Assembly: GCA_046539845.1 (NCBI GenBank)
Contig: JBKHGE010000012.1
Location: 1-52,209 of the forward strand
Direction: 5' to 3'
Length of the DNA: 52,209 nucleotides
Source of the DNA: Desulfonatronovibrionaceae bacterium
GTDB lineage: Bacteria; Desulfobacterota; Desulfovibrionia; Desulfovibrionales; Desulfonatronovibrionaceae
In this document: positions 9,552-19,831 of the stretch, piece by piece
Numbering within the stretch: position 1 is the first letter of the stretch
Layout: each line of letters begins with the position of its first letter
Notes under the pieces: generated by a model
Databases searched by the model: none
The model's input: the letters and a program-made list of their open reading frames with translations, nothing else
What the model was told of the DNA's origin: nothing
Program-made: the position numbers and the translations under genes

Positions 9552-9974
9552 TCAGGAATTGCTGTCCAGCACCAGCGGGGGTTTGCCCCGCCTAAAGCGT
9601 AAATAATTTATAATCCTCAGCGTTGGTCCCCGGGACACGATCCAGCGCTCCAGCCTGAATTTGCCCGGAAAGTTCATGAGCATCATCCCCACCAGAATGG
9701 TCAATACACCCTGCCCGGGCAATAACAGCATGGCCACTCCGGCCGCGACAAGCACAGCACCGGCCAGATTCTTCACCACCTGCAAAAGCAGCCACAAAAC
9801 AGGGAAACGCCTGCGCCCCAGGAAACTTTCGGGTCGCCTCTCTCCGGAGAAATAGTCCGCCGGCAATCGGACCACTGCCCAGGGAATCACTATCAGGGCG
9901 GCAAGAAACATGAGCAACGAGACCCCGGCCAGACTCAGAGAAGCTGCCGCGTGTTCAACAAACCATTCCAGCAT
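9552..9974 (-). CDS. PGPGW-domain membrane protein
   Basis: RLPADYF...AGVAMLLLPGQGVLTILVG...FPGKFRLERW; SD GGAGGAG before ATG 9974. Confidence 0.75.
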   Translation of the reverse strand: MLEWFVEHAAASLSLAGVSLLMFLAALIVIPWAVVRLPADYFSGERRPESFLGRRRFPVLWLLLQVVKNLAGAVLVAAGVAMLLLPGQGVLTILVGMMLMNFPGKFRLERWIVSRGPTLRIINYLRFRRGKPPLVLDSNS

Positions 9975-10005
9975 ACGCTTTATCTCCTCCGGGATTGAAA
10001 CGGGT

Positions 10006-11304
10006 TTAACCCAGCTTACTCTTTCTGAACCGGGCCAGATAAAAGTATTCCCCGAGATCGGGACAATCCCGTCCGCTTTTGAGTTCCTGCACCAGTTCAA
10101 TACCCTCCAGGCCTTTTTCCGCCTCCAGGGCAAGGTCTTCGTTTTCCTCCCGGTTCAGGGTGCAAGTCATATACAAGACCTGTCCGCCAGGCCGGACAAT
10201 CCGGGCCGCGCTCTCCAGCATGGCCTTTTGCCTCCGCCGGAAACCGGGGATCTCCTCCGGGGTGCGCTTGAGCTTAATGTCCGGCCGTCGGCTAAGGACC
10301 CCCAGCCCGGAACAGGGGACATCGAGAAGCACGCTTCCCGGTCGGTTGCGGCCGGAAAAAGGCGGCAATTCAGCCGCGGCCGCAAAAAATGTCGCCTTCT
10401 GGCCCAGACGTTTCATCTCGCGGACAAACCCCTTGAGCCGGCGCTGGCTCGTATCGCTGGCCCAGAGCTCATGCCCGGCACCGGTCAAGAAAAAACTCTT
10501 TCCTCCCCGGCCGCAGCAGGCGTCCCAGACCGGTTCCGGTAAACCGGATGCGCAGGCCTCGGCAAGCAGGCTCTGCCCGGCAAAGGAAACCCGGCTTACC
10601 TCGCCTCGCTTCTCCATCTCCACCAGATTGGCCGGGGCGTTTTGCACAGCCAAAAGACTCCCCTGCCTGGCCAGGATATCTTCACTTTTAAAACCCAGCT
10701 TTTCTTTTGCCCCCGGACTTTCCAGGCGCAAACCCAGAGGGGCGGGCCGGATACTGTTTTCAAGCAGGACCAAGGCCTTTTCCTCCCCGATCTGATCCAC
10801 CCAGAGCTTAACCACCCATTGCGGACAGCTGTAAAACCTGGCCCGGAAAAGGATCTCATCCGGGTTGTCCCGGCGAAAAAAATCCGGCTCGCTGACATTT
10901 TTGCGGCAAACATTGCGAAGCACGGCATTGACTACCCCGGAAATCCCGGTGCCATATCCGGATTTGGCAAATTCGGCCGCCCAGGAGACAGAGGCGTACT
11001 CCGGGATGCGGTCCATATGTAAAATCTCGAATACGGCCAAGCCCATGGCTGCAAGCACATCTCCGGGCATGCGCTCCGGTTTTTTCAAAAAAACGGACAG
11101 GATATAGTCTATTCGGATCTTGAATCGGGAATATCCGTACACCAAGGCGGTGCACAGGGCACGGTCCCCGGGGGCAAGCGGGACCATTTCCAGACGGCGG
11201 TCCAAAGCCGACTGCAGATCAGCCCCGGAGCAGATGTCCAAAACAACGCTCAGGGCCGCTCCACGGGCCGGGGGTATTTTATTCTTGTTTTTTTTCCGGG
11301 ACAT
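10006..11304 (-). CDS. rsmB: 16S rRNA m5C methyltransferase RsmB/Sun with N-terminal NusB-like domain
   Basis: NAVLR NusB-like region, WDACCGRGGK, LDVPCSGLG and YMTCT motifs; located in the def-fmt cluster. Confidence 0.85.
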   Translation of the reverse strand: MSRKKNKNKIPPARGAALSVVLDICSGADLQSALDRRLEMVPLAPGDRALCTALVYGYSRFKIRIDYILSVFLKKPERMPGDVLAAMGLAVFEILHMDRIPEYASVSWAAEFAKSGYGTGISGVVNAVLRNVCRKNVSEPDFFRRDNPDEILFRARFYSCPQWVVKLWVDQIGEEKALVLLENSIRPAPLGLRLESPGAKEKLGFKSEDILARQGSLLAVQNAPANLVEMEKRGEVSRVSFAGQSLLAEACASGLPEPVWDACCGRGGKSFFLTGAGHELWASDTSQRRLKGFVREMKRLGQKATFFAAAAELPPFSGRNRPGSVLLDVPCSGLGVLSRRPDIKLKRTPEEIPGFRRRQKAMLESAARIVRPGGQVLYMTCTLNREENEDLALEAEKGLEGIELVQELKSGRDCPDLGEYFYLARFRKSKLG

Positions 11305-12109
11305 ATTCCGGCCTTAAAAATCGTCCAAGGGCCCACTCCACGTGCTCGAGCGGGACAAGGGTGTCCAGGCAGGGACCGTGCGGTCGCTGGTTCAGGATGC
11401 CATAGGCCGGCAGGGGGTACACGTCCTGGATACCGCTGGAGAGATCCCGCTCGCAGGCCACGGCCAGGATAAAGCGGGGACGGACATTGACCACGATCCT
11501 GCGGGCAATGGTTCCGCCGGTGGCTATGGCCAGATGCACCCCGTAACTGTCGCTCAGATCCAGAAGGCCGGCTATGGGGCATTTCCCGCACCGCTTGCAG
11601 TTACGGATATCATAGGTCAGCCGGATTTTACACCTGCTGCGCTGCAGACAATGCGGCATGAGCATGAGCACCTCCTCCGGATTGTACTGCCGGGCCTCGG
11701 CCATGACGATTTCGTTGTTAACCTTGATAAACGAGGCCCGCACCCTTTGCTTGGGAATGCCCAGGGCCAGTCCGAGCAGGGTCATGAGCGGAAGGAAAAA
11801 TTTTATGATCAGCCCGCGCAGCTTCTGGGAAAAAAGGATGTTTTTGTGCAAAAGGATGCTTAGGACCAGTCCCAGACTGGACCAGGCGATAAAGATTATG
11901 AGCGCCAGAAAGATCCCGCCCAGGACCCACGGGGCCAATGGGTGCAGATTACGCAGACCGATATACGGAATGACCCACAAAAGGACAAGCAGGAGAATGA
12001 CCAGGATCGAGCTGCCTGTTACCAGCCCGATGAACAGGCGCTTCTTGGCGATAAAGGAGGAATCAATCTCCCTTTCCAAAGAAGATTCGGTTTTTCTTTC
12101 CTGATTCAA
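11279..12109 (-). CDS. DUF116 family membrane protein
   Basis: MPHCLQ, CKRCGKCPI, ATGGTIAR, AVACERDL and GPCLDT motifs. Confidence 0.85.
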   Translation of the reverse strand: MNQERKTESSLEREIDSSFIAKKRLFIGLVTGSSILVILLLVLLWVIPYIGLRNLHPLAPWVLGGIFLALIIFIAWSSLGLVLSILLHKNILFSQKLRGLIIKFFLPLMTLLGLALGIPKQRVRASFIKVNNEIVMAEARQYNPEEVLMLMPHCLQRSRCKIRLTYDIRNCKRCGKCPIAGLLDLSDSYGVHLAIATGGTIARRIVVNVRPRFILAVACERDLSSGIQDVYPLPAYGILNQRPHGPCLDTLVPLEHVEWALGRFLRPEYVPEKKQE

Positions 12110-12231
12110 ATCCGTTCAACAACCTGTGGATAAAAATTAGCTCTTCCGGTTTAAGGGTACGCTGCCTGGAAGAGGCTCTACAATATTGGATGCGCTCGTA
12201 TCGTTCGGGTTAAAGAATAAGACACTTTTGT

Positions 12232-12486
12232 CTCTCGCCCGTTCGAAGACTCACTTGAGCCGCGGAGGAAGAGTGGAGAGAAGGCAGTTTTTCTTTTTGC
12301 TCCGGGGGAGCATAAAGAAAAGTTACTCCGCGCAAGGCGCAGGGAAAATGACTATTTGCCTTGGCCTAGGGGCAGGGTATAATTTTTCTCCTCTCTTTCT
12401 CCTGCCTTTGCTCTGTGCCTCGAGGACCGCTTCGGCCCGCTGTGTCCGACACCTATTCCGAAAGAATACGTACCGGAGGCGTGAGG
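12232..12486. repeat. Palindromic, REP/MITE-like structured element between fmt and the DUF116 gene
   Basis: Central 15-bp hairpin (12289-12303 with 12307-12321, one mismatch) nested inside imperfectly complementary arms (12254-12267 with 12411-12424). No convincing ORF; boundaries approximate. Confidence 0.4.
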
Positions 12487-12562
12487 CATTCGTTATCTGT
12501 AAAACAAAGAGCCTCATTTCCATATTATCCCTGCCTTCCGTCCTCAGTCTTCTGTCCTCGGT

Positions 12563-13513
12563 CTAACACCGGCTTAAATAGCCGCAAAAAAAACCCCGGC
12601 CGGTTATGGGCTTGGAGCCGGACGGTTTTATCCACGGGATCCAGTACTCCCTGTCCCGGCAGGATACGGCCAGATTGTCCCCTTCCCTGAGTCCCAAAAA
12701 CTCGCCCGGGGAGACATCACCTTGCAGGTCCGGTCCGGGACGGCCCGGGTAAACATTGAGGCGGACATCCCCGTCCGGTCCGGCCCAGACAAAATAGGCC
12801 CCGGGCCAGGGATGCATCCCTCGGATCTGATTATGGATATCTTTGGCCGGACGATCCCAGTCGATAAGCCCTTCTTCTTTTTTGAGCTTGGGGGCGTAAC
12901 TGGCCTCATCCTCGGGCTGGGGATAGGCCCTTATCCTGCCCTCACGCATATGCTCGAAGGTCTTGACAAGCAGCCTGCCGCCCAAATCCGCAAGCTGATC
13001 ATGCACTGCCTCAGCGGTATCGTCTACGCCTATGGCCAGACTGCGCTGCAAAAGTATGTCCCCGGTATCCATCCCTTCGTCCATACGTATTATACTTATC
13101 CCGGTAACCCATTCCCCGTTTAGGATCGCCCTCTGGATGGGAGCGGCCCCGCGATACTTGGGAAGAAGGGAGGCATGTACGTTGTAGGCCCCTTCTGCGG
13201 ACGCCTCCAGTACCGCCCGGGGCAGAATAAGCCCATACGCGGCCACGGCCAGGTAATCGGCGTTTAAATTGCGCAGGTTTTCGATTTCCACCTCGTCCTT
13301 GAAACTCTCCGGCTGATAAATCGCAAGGCCCTTCTCCAGGGCCTCGGTCTTTACCGCAGAGGGGCGGCATTTCCTGCCGCGGCCGCAGGGCCGGTCCGGC
13401 TGGGTGTAAACCGCAACCACCTCCCCGTTCGGCCATGCCAAAAGGTGTCTCAGGACAACCGCGGCAAATTCCGGGGTACCCATAAAGACTATTTTTTTCT
13501 TTTGCGCAACCAT
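12563..13513 (-). CDS. fmt: Methionyl-tRNA formyltransferase
   Basis: IVFMGTPEF, TQPDRP, NVHASLLPKYRGAAPIQ and MDTGD motifs. Confidence 0.97.
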   Translation of the reverse strand: MVAQKKKIVFMGTPEFAAVVLRHLLAWPNGEVVAVYTQPDRPCGRGRKCRPSAVKTEALEKGLAIYQPESFKDEVEIENLRNLNADYLAVAAYGLILPRAVLEASAEGAYNVHASLLPKYRGAAPIQRAILNGEWVTGISIIRMDEGMDTGDILLQRSLAIGVDDTAEAVHDQLADLGGRLLVKTFEHMREGRIRAYPQPEDEASYAPKLKKEEGLIDWDRPAKDIHNQIRGMHPWPGAYFVWAGPDGDVRLNVYPGRPGPDLQGDVSPGEFLGLREGDNLAVSCRDREYWIPWIKPSGSKPITGRGFFCGYLSRC

Positions 13514-13998
13514 TTTTCCAACTTCTTCTCGTACATGGAGCGTTTAAGTCGGCTTATGTGGTCGATAAACAAAATCCCGTCCAGGTGATCTATCTCGTGC
13601 TGCAGACAGACGGCCAGGATATCCTGCCCGTCTATCTCCACTTCCCGGCCCTCAAGATCCGTGGCCTTGGCCTTGACCCGGTCCGCCCTCTTGACTTGGG
13701 CCCGGTACCCGATCACGCTCAAACACCCCTCTTCGGTCTCGGTCTCGCCGCTTTTGTCCACTATCTCCGGATTGACCAAAATGCGCAGGTCCTCGCGCCT
13801 GTCCGGCCCGGACACATCCACGGTTATTATCCTCTGGTTCACGCCCACCTGAGGAGCGGCCAGACCGATGCCGTTGTTGCCATACATAATCCGGACCATA
13901 TCCTCAACCAGCTGCCGGATCTCCGGGGTAATCTCGGTTACGACCTCCGATTTTCTGGCCAGGATATCATTGGGATAGGTTATTATTTCTCTTTCCAT
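13489..13998 (-). CDS. def: Peptide deformylase
   Basis: GIGLAAPQVG, EGCLS and QHEIDHLDG motifs. Confidence 0.97.
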   Translation of the reverse strand: MEREIITYPNDILARKSEVVTEITPEIRQLVEDMVRIMYGNNGIGLAAPQVGVNQRIITVDVSGPDRREDLRILVNPEIVDKSGETETEEGCLSVIGYRAQVKRADRVKAKATDLEGREVEIDGQDILAVCLQHEIDHLDGILFIDHISRLKRSMYEKKLEKWLRKRKK

Positions 13999-14019
13999 CT
14001 TTTTGATTGCTTTTGTTTT

Positions 14020-15828
14020 TCAGCCTTTGGGCGCCTTCTGCGTTTCGCGCAGCCGTAAACCCAGCTCGCGAAGCTGGCAGTTGTCAGCTCCTGCCGGGGC
14101 GTCGGTCATGAGGCAGGACGCCTTCTGGGTCTTGGGAAAGGCGATCACGTCCCTAATCGATTTAGCCCCGGCTAACAACATTATAATCCGGTCAAAACCA
14201 AAGGCAATACCCCCGTGCGGAGGAGCCCCGAATTCCAAGGCCCGGAGCAGAAAACCGAATTTCTCTTCCGCCTCTTCGCTGCCTATGCCCAGGGCCTCGA
14301 ACATCCTTCTCTGCTCCTGTGCGGAATGGATGCGGATCGAGCCCCCGCCGATCTCGCTGCCGTTCAAGACCAGGTCGTAGGCGCGGGCCCTGGCGGCTCC
14401 GGGGTCACGGCTCAAAGTCTCTTCCTGCCCCTCTTCAAGGGCGGTAAACGGATGGTGCCGCGCCACCCAGCGTTTTTCCTCCTCGTCCCACTCCAGAAGC
14501 GGGAATCCGGTTATCCACACCGGGGCAAACTCGTCTTCCGGGATGAGACCTAAGCGCTCCCCCAGTTTCAAGCGCAGATTGCCCAGCGCGGCATTGACCA
14601 TGTCCGGGGCCCCGGCCTGGAAGAAAACAATGTCCCCGGGCCCAAGCCCCAGCTCCCGGCTCAGACCCTGCTTTTCCTCTTCGCTCAAAAACTTGGCTAT
14701 CGGGGACTGCCAACCATCCTCCTTTATCTTGATCCAGGCCAGACCCTGCGCCCCGTAGATGCCCACGAATTCAGTATAGTCGTCTATCTCCCTGCGGGTG
14801 AGCTCCGCACCCCCGGGGACCGGAAGGGCCTTGACCAGCTCGGCCTTGGCAAAAAGCCTGAACTCTGAGCCGCGGACAATATCGGTAACATCCTGCAAGC
14901 GCAGATCAAAGCGCACATCCGGACGGTCCATGCCGTACCCTTCCATGGCCCGGGCATAGGTCATACGCGGGAACGGGGCCTCCAGCTCCCGGCCCAGAAT
15001 CTCCCGGAATAGTTCCCGGATCATCCTTTCCGCGACATCCATGACATCCTCTTCCCGGACAAAGGACATCTCCATGTCGATCTGGGTGAACTCCGGCTGG
15101 CGGTCCGCACGCAGGTCCTCATCCCGGAAACATTTGACCAATTGATAGTAGCGATCCAGCCCCCCGAGCATCAGACTCTGCTTGAAAAGCTGCGGAGACT
15201 GGGGCAAGGCGTAGACACTGCCCGGATTAAGCCTTGAGGGGACTAGAAAATCCCGTGCCCCCTCGGGGGTGCTTTTGGTCAAAACCGGTGTCTCCACCTC
15301 CAGAAAATCCTCCCGGTCCAGAAACCTCCTTATACTCTGCGCGGCCCGGCTGCGCAGGACCATATTCGCACAAAGCCCGGGACGCCTTAAATCCAGATAG
15401 CGATACTGCAGCCGCAGATTCTCGGACACATCCACCCGGTCCTCGATCAGAAAGGGTGGGGTCTTGGAGGCATTCAGCAATTTGAATTCGGTCACAGCCA
15501 CCTCGATTTCTCCGGTGACCAGATTGGGATTGACCATGTCCCCGGGCCGTTTGCGGACCACGCCCTTCACGGCCAGCACGTATTCAGTACGCAGAACATG
15601 CGCCCGCTCCAGGGCGTCTTTGTTTACCTCCGGGGCGAAGACAATCTGAGTCAGGCCCTCCCGGTCCCGTAGATCAATGAATATCAGTCCCCCATGGTCC
15701 CGTCTGTACTGCACCCAGCCCATAAGACACACATTGCGGTCCAGGTGCTCCGGCCCGAGTTCGTTTAAGTGATGGGTCCTTTTCCAATCACCGAGGGGGT
15801 CCAGCTGTACGGTTTTCTTATCTTCCAT
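14020..15828 (-). CDS. aspS: Aspartate--tRNA ligase
   Basis: RRDHGGLIFIDLRD, LPQSPQLFKQ, FRDEDLRADRQPEFTQ and GAPPHGGIAFG motifs. Confidence 0.97.
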   Translation of the reverse strand: MEDKKTVQLDPLGDWKRTHHLNELGPEHLDRNVCLMGWVQYRRDHGGLIFIDLRDREGLTQIVFAPEVNKDALERAHVLRTEYVLAVKGVVRKRPGDMVNPNLVTGEIEVAVTEFKLLNASKTPPFLIEDRVDVSENLRLQYRYLDLRRPGLCANMVLRSRAAQSIRRFLDREDFLEVETPVLTKSTPEGARDFLVPSRLNPGSVYALPQSPQLFKQSLMLGGLDRYYQLVKCFRDEDLRADRQPEFTQIDMEMSFVREEDVMDVAERMIRELFREILGRELEAPFPRMTYARAMEGYGMDRPDVRFDLRLQDVTDIVRGSEFRLFAKAELVKALPVPGGAELTRREIDDYTEFVGIYGAQGLAWIKIKEDGWQSPIAKFLSEEEKQGLSRELGLGPGDIVFFQAGAPDMVNAALGNLRLKLGERLGLIPEDEFAPVWITGFPLLEWDEEEKRWVARHHPFTALEEGQEETLSRDPGAARARAYDLVLNGSEIGGGSIRIHSAQEQRRMFEALGIGSEEAEEKFGFLLRALEFGAPPHGGIAFGFDRIIMLLAGAKSIRDVIAFPKTQKASCLMTDAPAGADNCQLRELGLRLRETQKAPKG

Positions 15829-15859
15829 CTTGTTTCCTCGTAATAATAAATATTGTAAT

Positions 15860-17110
15860 TCAGCGCTTCAGCCCCACGGCCTGCTCCAGATCCTCCTGGC
15901 TGACCGCCCTCTGAACTCCGGTTTCCATGTCCTTGACCATGACCTCTCCCCGACTCATCTCATCCCGCCCGATGAGCAGGCAGGTTTTGGCCTCCAGCTT
16001 ATTGGCCAAGCGCAGCTGACTCCTGGGGCTTGCGGCCTCAAAAGAGACCTCTCCCTTGTACCCGGAACCGCGCAGCTGCTGGCCCAAAAGCAGGGCCGTG
16101 TCCATGGCCTCCTCATCAAGCACCGCTAGATAAAAATCCAGGGCCCGACCCGGTTCCCAGTCCATGAGCAAAGCCAGTCTCTCCATCCCACAGGCAAACC
16201 CCAGTCCGGGCAGATCCGGCCCGCCCAGGGCCTTAACCAGACCGTCGTATCTCCCGCCCCCGGCCACAGAGGCCTGGGCCCCAATATCCGAGGACACTGC
16301 TTCAAAGGTGGTCCGTTGGTAATAATCCAATCCCCGGACCAAAAACGGATTTAGGCTGTACTTTATTCCGGCCTCTACAAGCGCCGTTTTGACCGTCTGG
16401 AAATGGCTTTCGCACTTCGAACACAGATAGTCCACGATACGCGGGGCCTTTTGAACCAGCTCCCGGCAGGCCGGCACTTTGCAGTCCAGGACCCGCAAAG
16501 GATTCTTGTCCATGCGTTCCCGGCAGTCCCCGCACAGCTCCTCAGGATCCAAACCTTGCAGATATTCGGAAAGAGCGGCATGAAACCCCGGCCTGCACTC
16601 TGGGCAGCCCAGAGAATTCAGTTCAATGCGCACGTCCTTTAAACCCAGCTCGTGCAGATAGTCCACGAGCATCATCACCAGCTCCGCATCCGCTATCGGG
16701 GACTGGGGCCCCAGGACCTCGACATTCACCTGATGGAACTGCCTGGTTCGACCCTTTTGCGGCCGCTCGTAGCGGAACATGGGCCCCAGGGTGTAATACT
16801 TGCCCACGTTCTCCCTGGCGTAGAGCTGGGATTCAATATAGGCCCGGACCACTCCGGCGGTAGCCTCGGGCCGCAGGGTCAGGCTGCGTCCCTTTCTATC
16901 CGGGAAAGTATACATCTCCTTCTGGACTATATCCGTATCCCCGCCTATAGAGCGGGAAAAAAGCTCGGTCTTTTCCAAAAGGGGCAACCGCAGTTCCTTG
17001 CATCCGTAACGGGAGAACACCCGCCTGGCGATCTCCTCCATGCGGGCGAAAATTTCGCTCTCCGGGGGGAACTGGTCTGAAAAGCCTTTGATTTTTTTGA
17101 TTTTTGTCAT
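15860..17110 (-). CDS. hisS: Histidine--tRNA ligase
   Basis: LRPEAT, FRYERPQKGR, LVRGLDYY and GGGRYDGL motifs. Confidence 0.97.
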   Translation of the reverse strand: MTKIKKIKGFSDQFPPESEIFARMEEIARRVFSRYGCKELRLPLLEKTELFSRSIGGDTDIVQKEMYTFPDRKGRSLTLRPEATAGVVRAYIESQLYARENVGKYYTLGPMFRYERPQKGRTRQFHQVNVEVLGPQSPIADAELVMMLVDYLHELGLKDVRIELNSLGCPECRPGFHAALSEYLQGLDPEELCGDCRERMDKNPLRVLDCKVPACRELVQKAPRIVDYLCSKCESHFQTVKTALVEAGIKYSLNPFLVRGLDYYQRTTFEAVSSDIGAQASVAGGGRYDGLVKALGGPDLPGLGFACGMERLALLMDWEPGRALDFYLAVLDEEAMDTALLLGQQLRGSGYKGEVSFEAASPRSQLRLANKLEAKTCLLIGRDEMSRGEVMVKDMETGVQRAVSQEDLEQAVGLKR

Positions 17111-17292
17111 AATTTGCGATATGGGATAAATGTTGTTGATATTGATTTTGCCGTGGGCTAGACCCGGGGAAAAATACGGACCGTGAAAATTTCCTCATCC
17201 GAACCGGTTTACGCACAGACATGCAAATCGGATATGGTTAGTGCAAGCGCCTGCGGATGTCAAAAGTTTGTATGCACCCTCGGAGAACAAAA

Positions 17293-17997
17293 ATGCTCAA
17301 GGCCGTCTCCATAGTCGGATACAAAAATTCCGGAAAAACCGGTCTGGCCTCGGACCTGGCCCGGGAGCTGGAAAAACGGGGAACCGCCTGCGCCGCGGCC
17401 AAATTCTCCTCCCATGGCTTTGACAAACAGGATACAGACACCCAAAGGCTCTGTGCCTCGGCCGCTCCGGTAATCGGCATCGGCCCGGAGGAAAGCGCCG
17501 TGTTCTGGCCACAGAGGATAAAGCTCGCCGATCTGGCCCATCTGGCCGGGGACCGCCTGCTCATTGTCGAGGGCGGAAAGTCTTTGACCATTCTCCCCCG
17601 CATCGTTATGGCCCGGGATGAAGAAGAGGCCCGTAAGCTGGACAACGGCCTGGCCCTGGCCGTATGGGGGGAGGAGCCCCTGGCCGGCCTCCGGGCTGTA
17701 AGCAGCCTCTCCCGGCTGGCGGACCTGGCCCTGGAAAAAGGCTTTCTTTTGCCCGGTCTGGACTGTGCCACTTGCGGCCGTTTGGACTGCCTGCACCTGG
17801 CCCGGGAAATCGTATCCGGTGCAGCCGGCCCCGAGGACTGTGCCGCCTCTAATCCGGGCACGGAGATCAGGATAAACGGCCGGCAGCTGGCCTTAAACGG
17901 CTTCTTGAACGAGATGGTCACCAGGGCCATTCTGGGCTTGATTTCTCCGCTCAAGGGATTTGCCCCGGGGGAAATAACCATCAACATAAAGAATTGA
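17293..17997 (+). CDS. mobB: Molybdopterin-guanine dinucleotide biosynthesis protein MobB with C-terminal Fe-S domain
   Basis: IVGYKNSGKT Walker A, IVEGGK, and LPGLDCATCGRLDC...C Fe-S motif. Confidence 0.82.
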   Translation: MLKAVSIVGYKNSGKTGLASDLARELEKRGTACAAAKFSSHGFDKQDTDTQRLCASAAPVIGIGPEESAVFWPQRIKLADLAHLAGDRLLIVEGGKSLTILPRIVMARDEEEARKLDNGLALAVWGEEPLAGLRAVSSLSRLADLALEKGFLLPGLDCATCGRLDCLHLAREIVSGAAGPEDCAASNPGTEIRINGRQLALNGFLNEMVTRAILGLISPLKGFAPGEITINIKN

Positions 17998-19775
17998 TCT
18001 TGCGTCACCTGGACAAGATATACTTCTTCGGCCGCTGGGCCCTTTTTTTCGGCGCCATCGGAATTGTCGCCGGACTGGGTGCGGTCCTGTTTCAGTATCT
18101 GTGCGAACTGGGCATGCATTACTTCCTGGACCTCATGGCCGGATACAGACCGCCCAAACCGGCCGGTGAAGGTCATCTCCTGCCCGCCTCCACCACCGAA
18201 TTCAACCGCTGGATCCTTTTATTTCTCCCGGCCGCCGGTGGCATAATCAGCGGCTGGCTGGTGTACACATTCGCCCCTGAAGCCGAGGGGCACGGCACTG
18301 ATTCGGCCATTGACGCCTACCACAATAAAAAAGGCATCGTACGCGGCCGCATCCCCGTAATCAAGACCCTGGCCTCGGCCATAACTTTGACCACAGGCGG
18401 TTCAGGCGGAAGAGAAGGACCGATCGCCCAGATAGGCGCCGGATTCGGTTCGTTCATGGCCACCAAACTCAAGCTCTCAAACCGGGAGAGACGTATCATG
18501 CTGGCCGCCGGGATCGGCGCCGGAGTGGGCAGTATATTTCGGGCTCCCCTGGCCGGGGCCCTTTTCTCCGCAGAGGTCCTGTACCGGGATCCGGAGATGG
18601 AAGCCGAGGTGGTCATCCCGGCCGGGATCGCCTCGGTGGTGGGCTATTGCGTGTTCTGCATGTTCTTTGGCTGGGGGACACTGTTCCAAGCCCCGGAATT
18701 CAGCTTTGACAACCCCCTGACCCTGGGGCCGTACACTGTCCTGGCCTTTCTTTTAGCCGGGATGGGATTTATATATGTATTTTTCTTTTACAAGGTTCAG
18801 GACGTCTTCCGGGCCTGGAAAATCCCCAACCATCTCAAGCCGGCCGTCGGCGGAATTTTGACCGGGATGATCGGCTTCTACTTCCCGCATACCCTCGCCT
18901 TTGGCTACGGCTATATACAAAACGCTTTGTCCGGGGACATCTCCGTATACCTGCTTTTGACCCTGGCTTTGGGCAAAATTTTGACCACTGGGTTTACCAT
19001 TGGCTCCGGTGGCAGCGGCGGCGTCTTCGGCCCTTCCGTGGTCATCGGCGGGGCCTTGGGCGGGATTGTCGGCCAGATATTCCACCGTATCATGCCCGGA
19101 GTCGTCACCCAGCCGGAGGCATTTATCGTAGTCGGGATGGCCGGCTTTTTCGCCGGAGTGTCCAATACCCCGATCTCAACTATCATCTTCATAAGTGAGA
19201 TGACCAGTTCCTATAACCTGCTTTTGCCCAGTCTATTGGTCTGCTCGCTTACCTATGTCCTGTCCACCAAGTGGACCATCTACATAAAGCAGCCCAAGAA
19301 TCGCATCGCCTCGGCCGCACATGCCGGAGATTTCTTTATAAACGTTTTGGAACAGATTAAGGTCCGCGACCTCAAGGACAAGATATATCCTGCGGTCCTG
19401 GTCCCGGAATACATGACTTTCAAGCAGTTCAAAGAACTCCTTTCCGGTACCGAACAGAGATACTTCTGCGTGGTGGACAAGTCCAACCGCATGAAAGGCA
19501 TCTTCTCCAGCACTGACCTGCGCGGAGTGCTTTTTGAACCCAGCCTAAACGAAGTCCTGCTCATGGGCGATCTGGCCAAGCCCGAGGTCATTTATGTCAC
19601 CGGAGAAGAGGATTTAAACTCGGTGATGCGCAAGTTCACCCGCAAGAATATAGACGCCCTGCCCGTAGTGGAGGCGCACGACAGGCAGAAGGTCCTGGGC
19701 ATGCTCAACCGACGGGCGGTGATAGATTACTATAACCGCCGGGTGGGCGAATTGCGTACCGAGGCAGAAACCTGA
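17994..19775 (+). CDS. ClC chloride channel / H+/Cl- antiporter with CBS domains
   Basis: GHGTD, GSGGREGP and GGSGGVFGP signatures; C-terminal CBS pair. Confidence 0.92.
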   Translation: MILRHLDKIYFFGRWALFFGAIGIVAGLGAVLFQYLCELGMHYFLDLMAGYRPPKPAGEGHLLPASTTEFNRWILLFLPAAGGIISGWLVYTFAPEAEGHGTDSAIDAYHNKKGIVRGRIPVIKTLASAITLTTGGSGGREGPIAQIGAGFGSFMATKLKLSNRERRIMLAAGIGAGVGSIFRAPLAGALFSAEVLYRDPEMEAEVVIPAGIASVVGYCVFCMFFGWGTLFQAPEFSFDNPLTLGPYTVLAFLLAGMGFIYVFFFYKVQDVFRAWKIPNHLKPAVGGILTGMIGFYFPHTLAFGYGYIQNALSGDISVYLLLTLALGKILTTGFTIGSGGSGGVFGPSVVIGGALGGIVGQIFHRIMPGVVTQPEAFIVVGMAGFFAGVSNTPISTIIFISEMTSSYNLLLPSLLVCSLTYVLSTKWTIYIKQPKNRIASAAHAGDFFINVLEQIKVRDLKDKIYPAVLVPEYMTFKQFKELLSGTEQRYFCVVDKSNRMKGIFSSTDLRGVLFEPSLNEVLLMGDLAKPEVIYVTGEEDLNSVMRKFTRKNIDALPVVEAHDRQKVLGMLNRRAVIDYYNRRVGELRTEAET

Positions 19776-19831
19776 CGCCAAGCGAGCGGTTCAAGCCTTC
19801 TTGTTTTTTATGACCGGGCTTCATGAGTAGG

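Noticed and set aside
12125..12133. Perfect DnaA box as a sign of oriC
   Set aside because: A single box, with no box cluster, unwinding element or dnaA/dnaN context.
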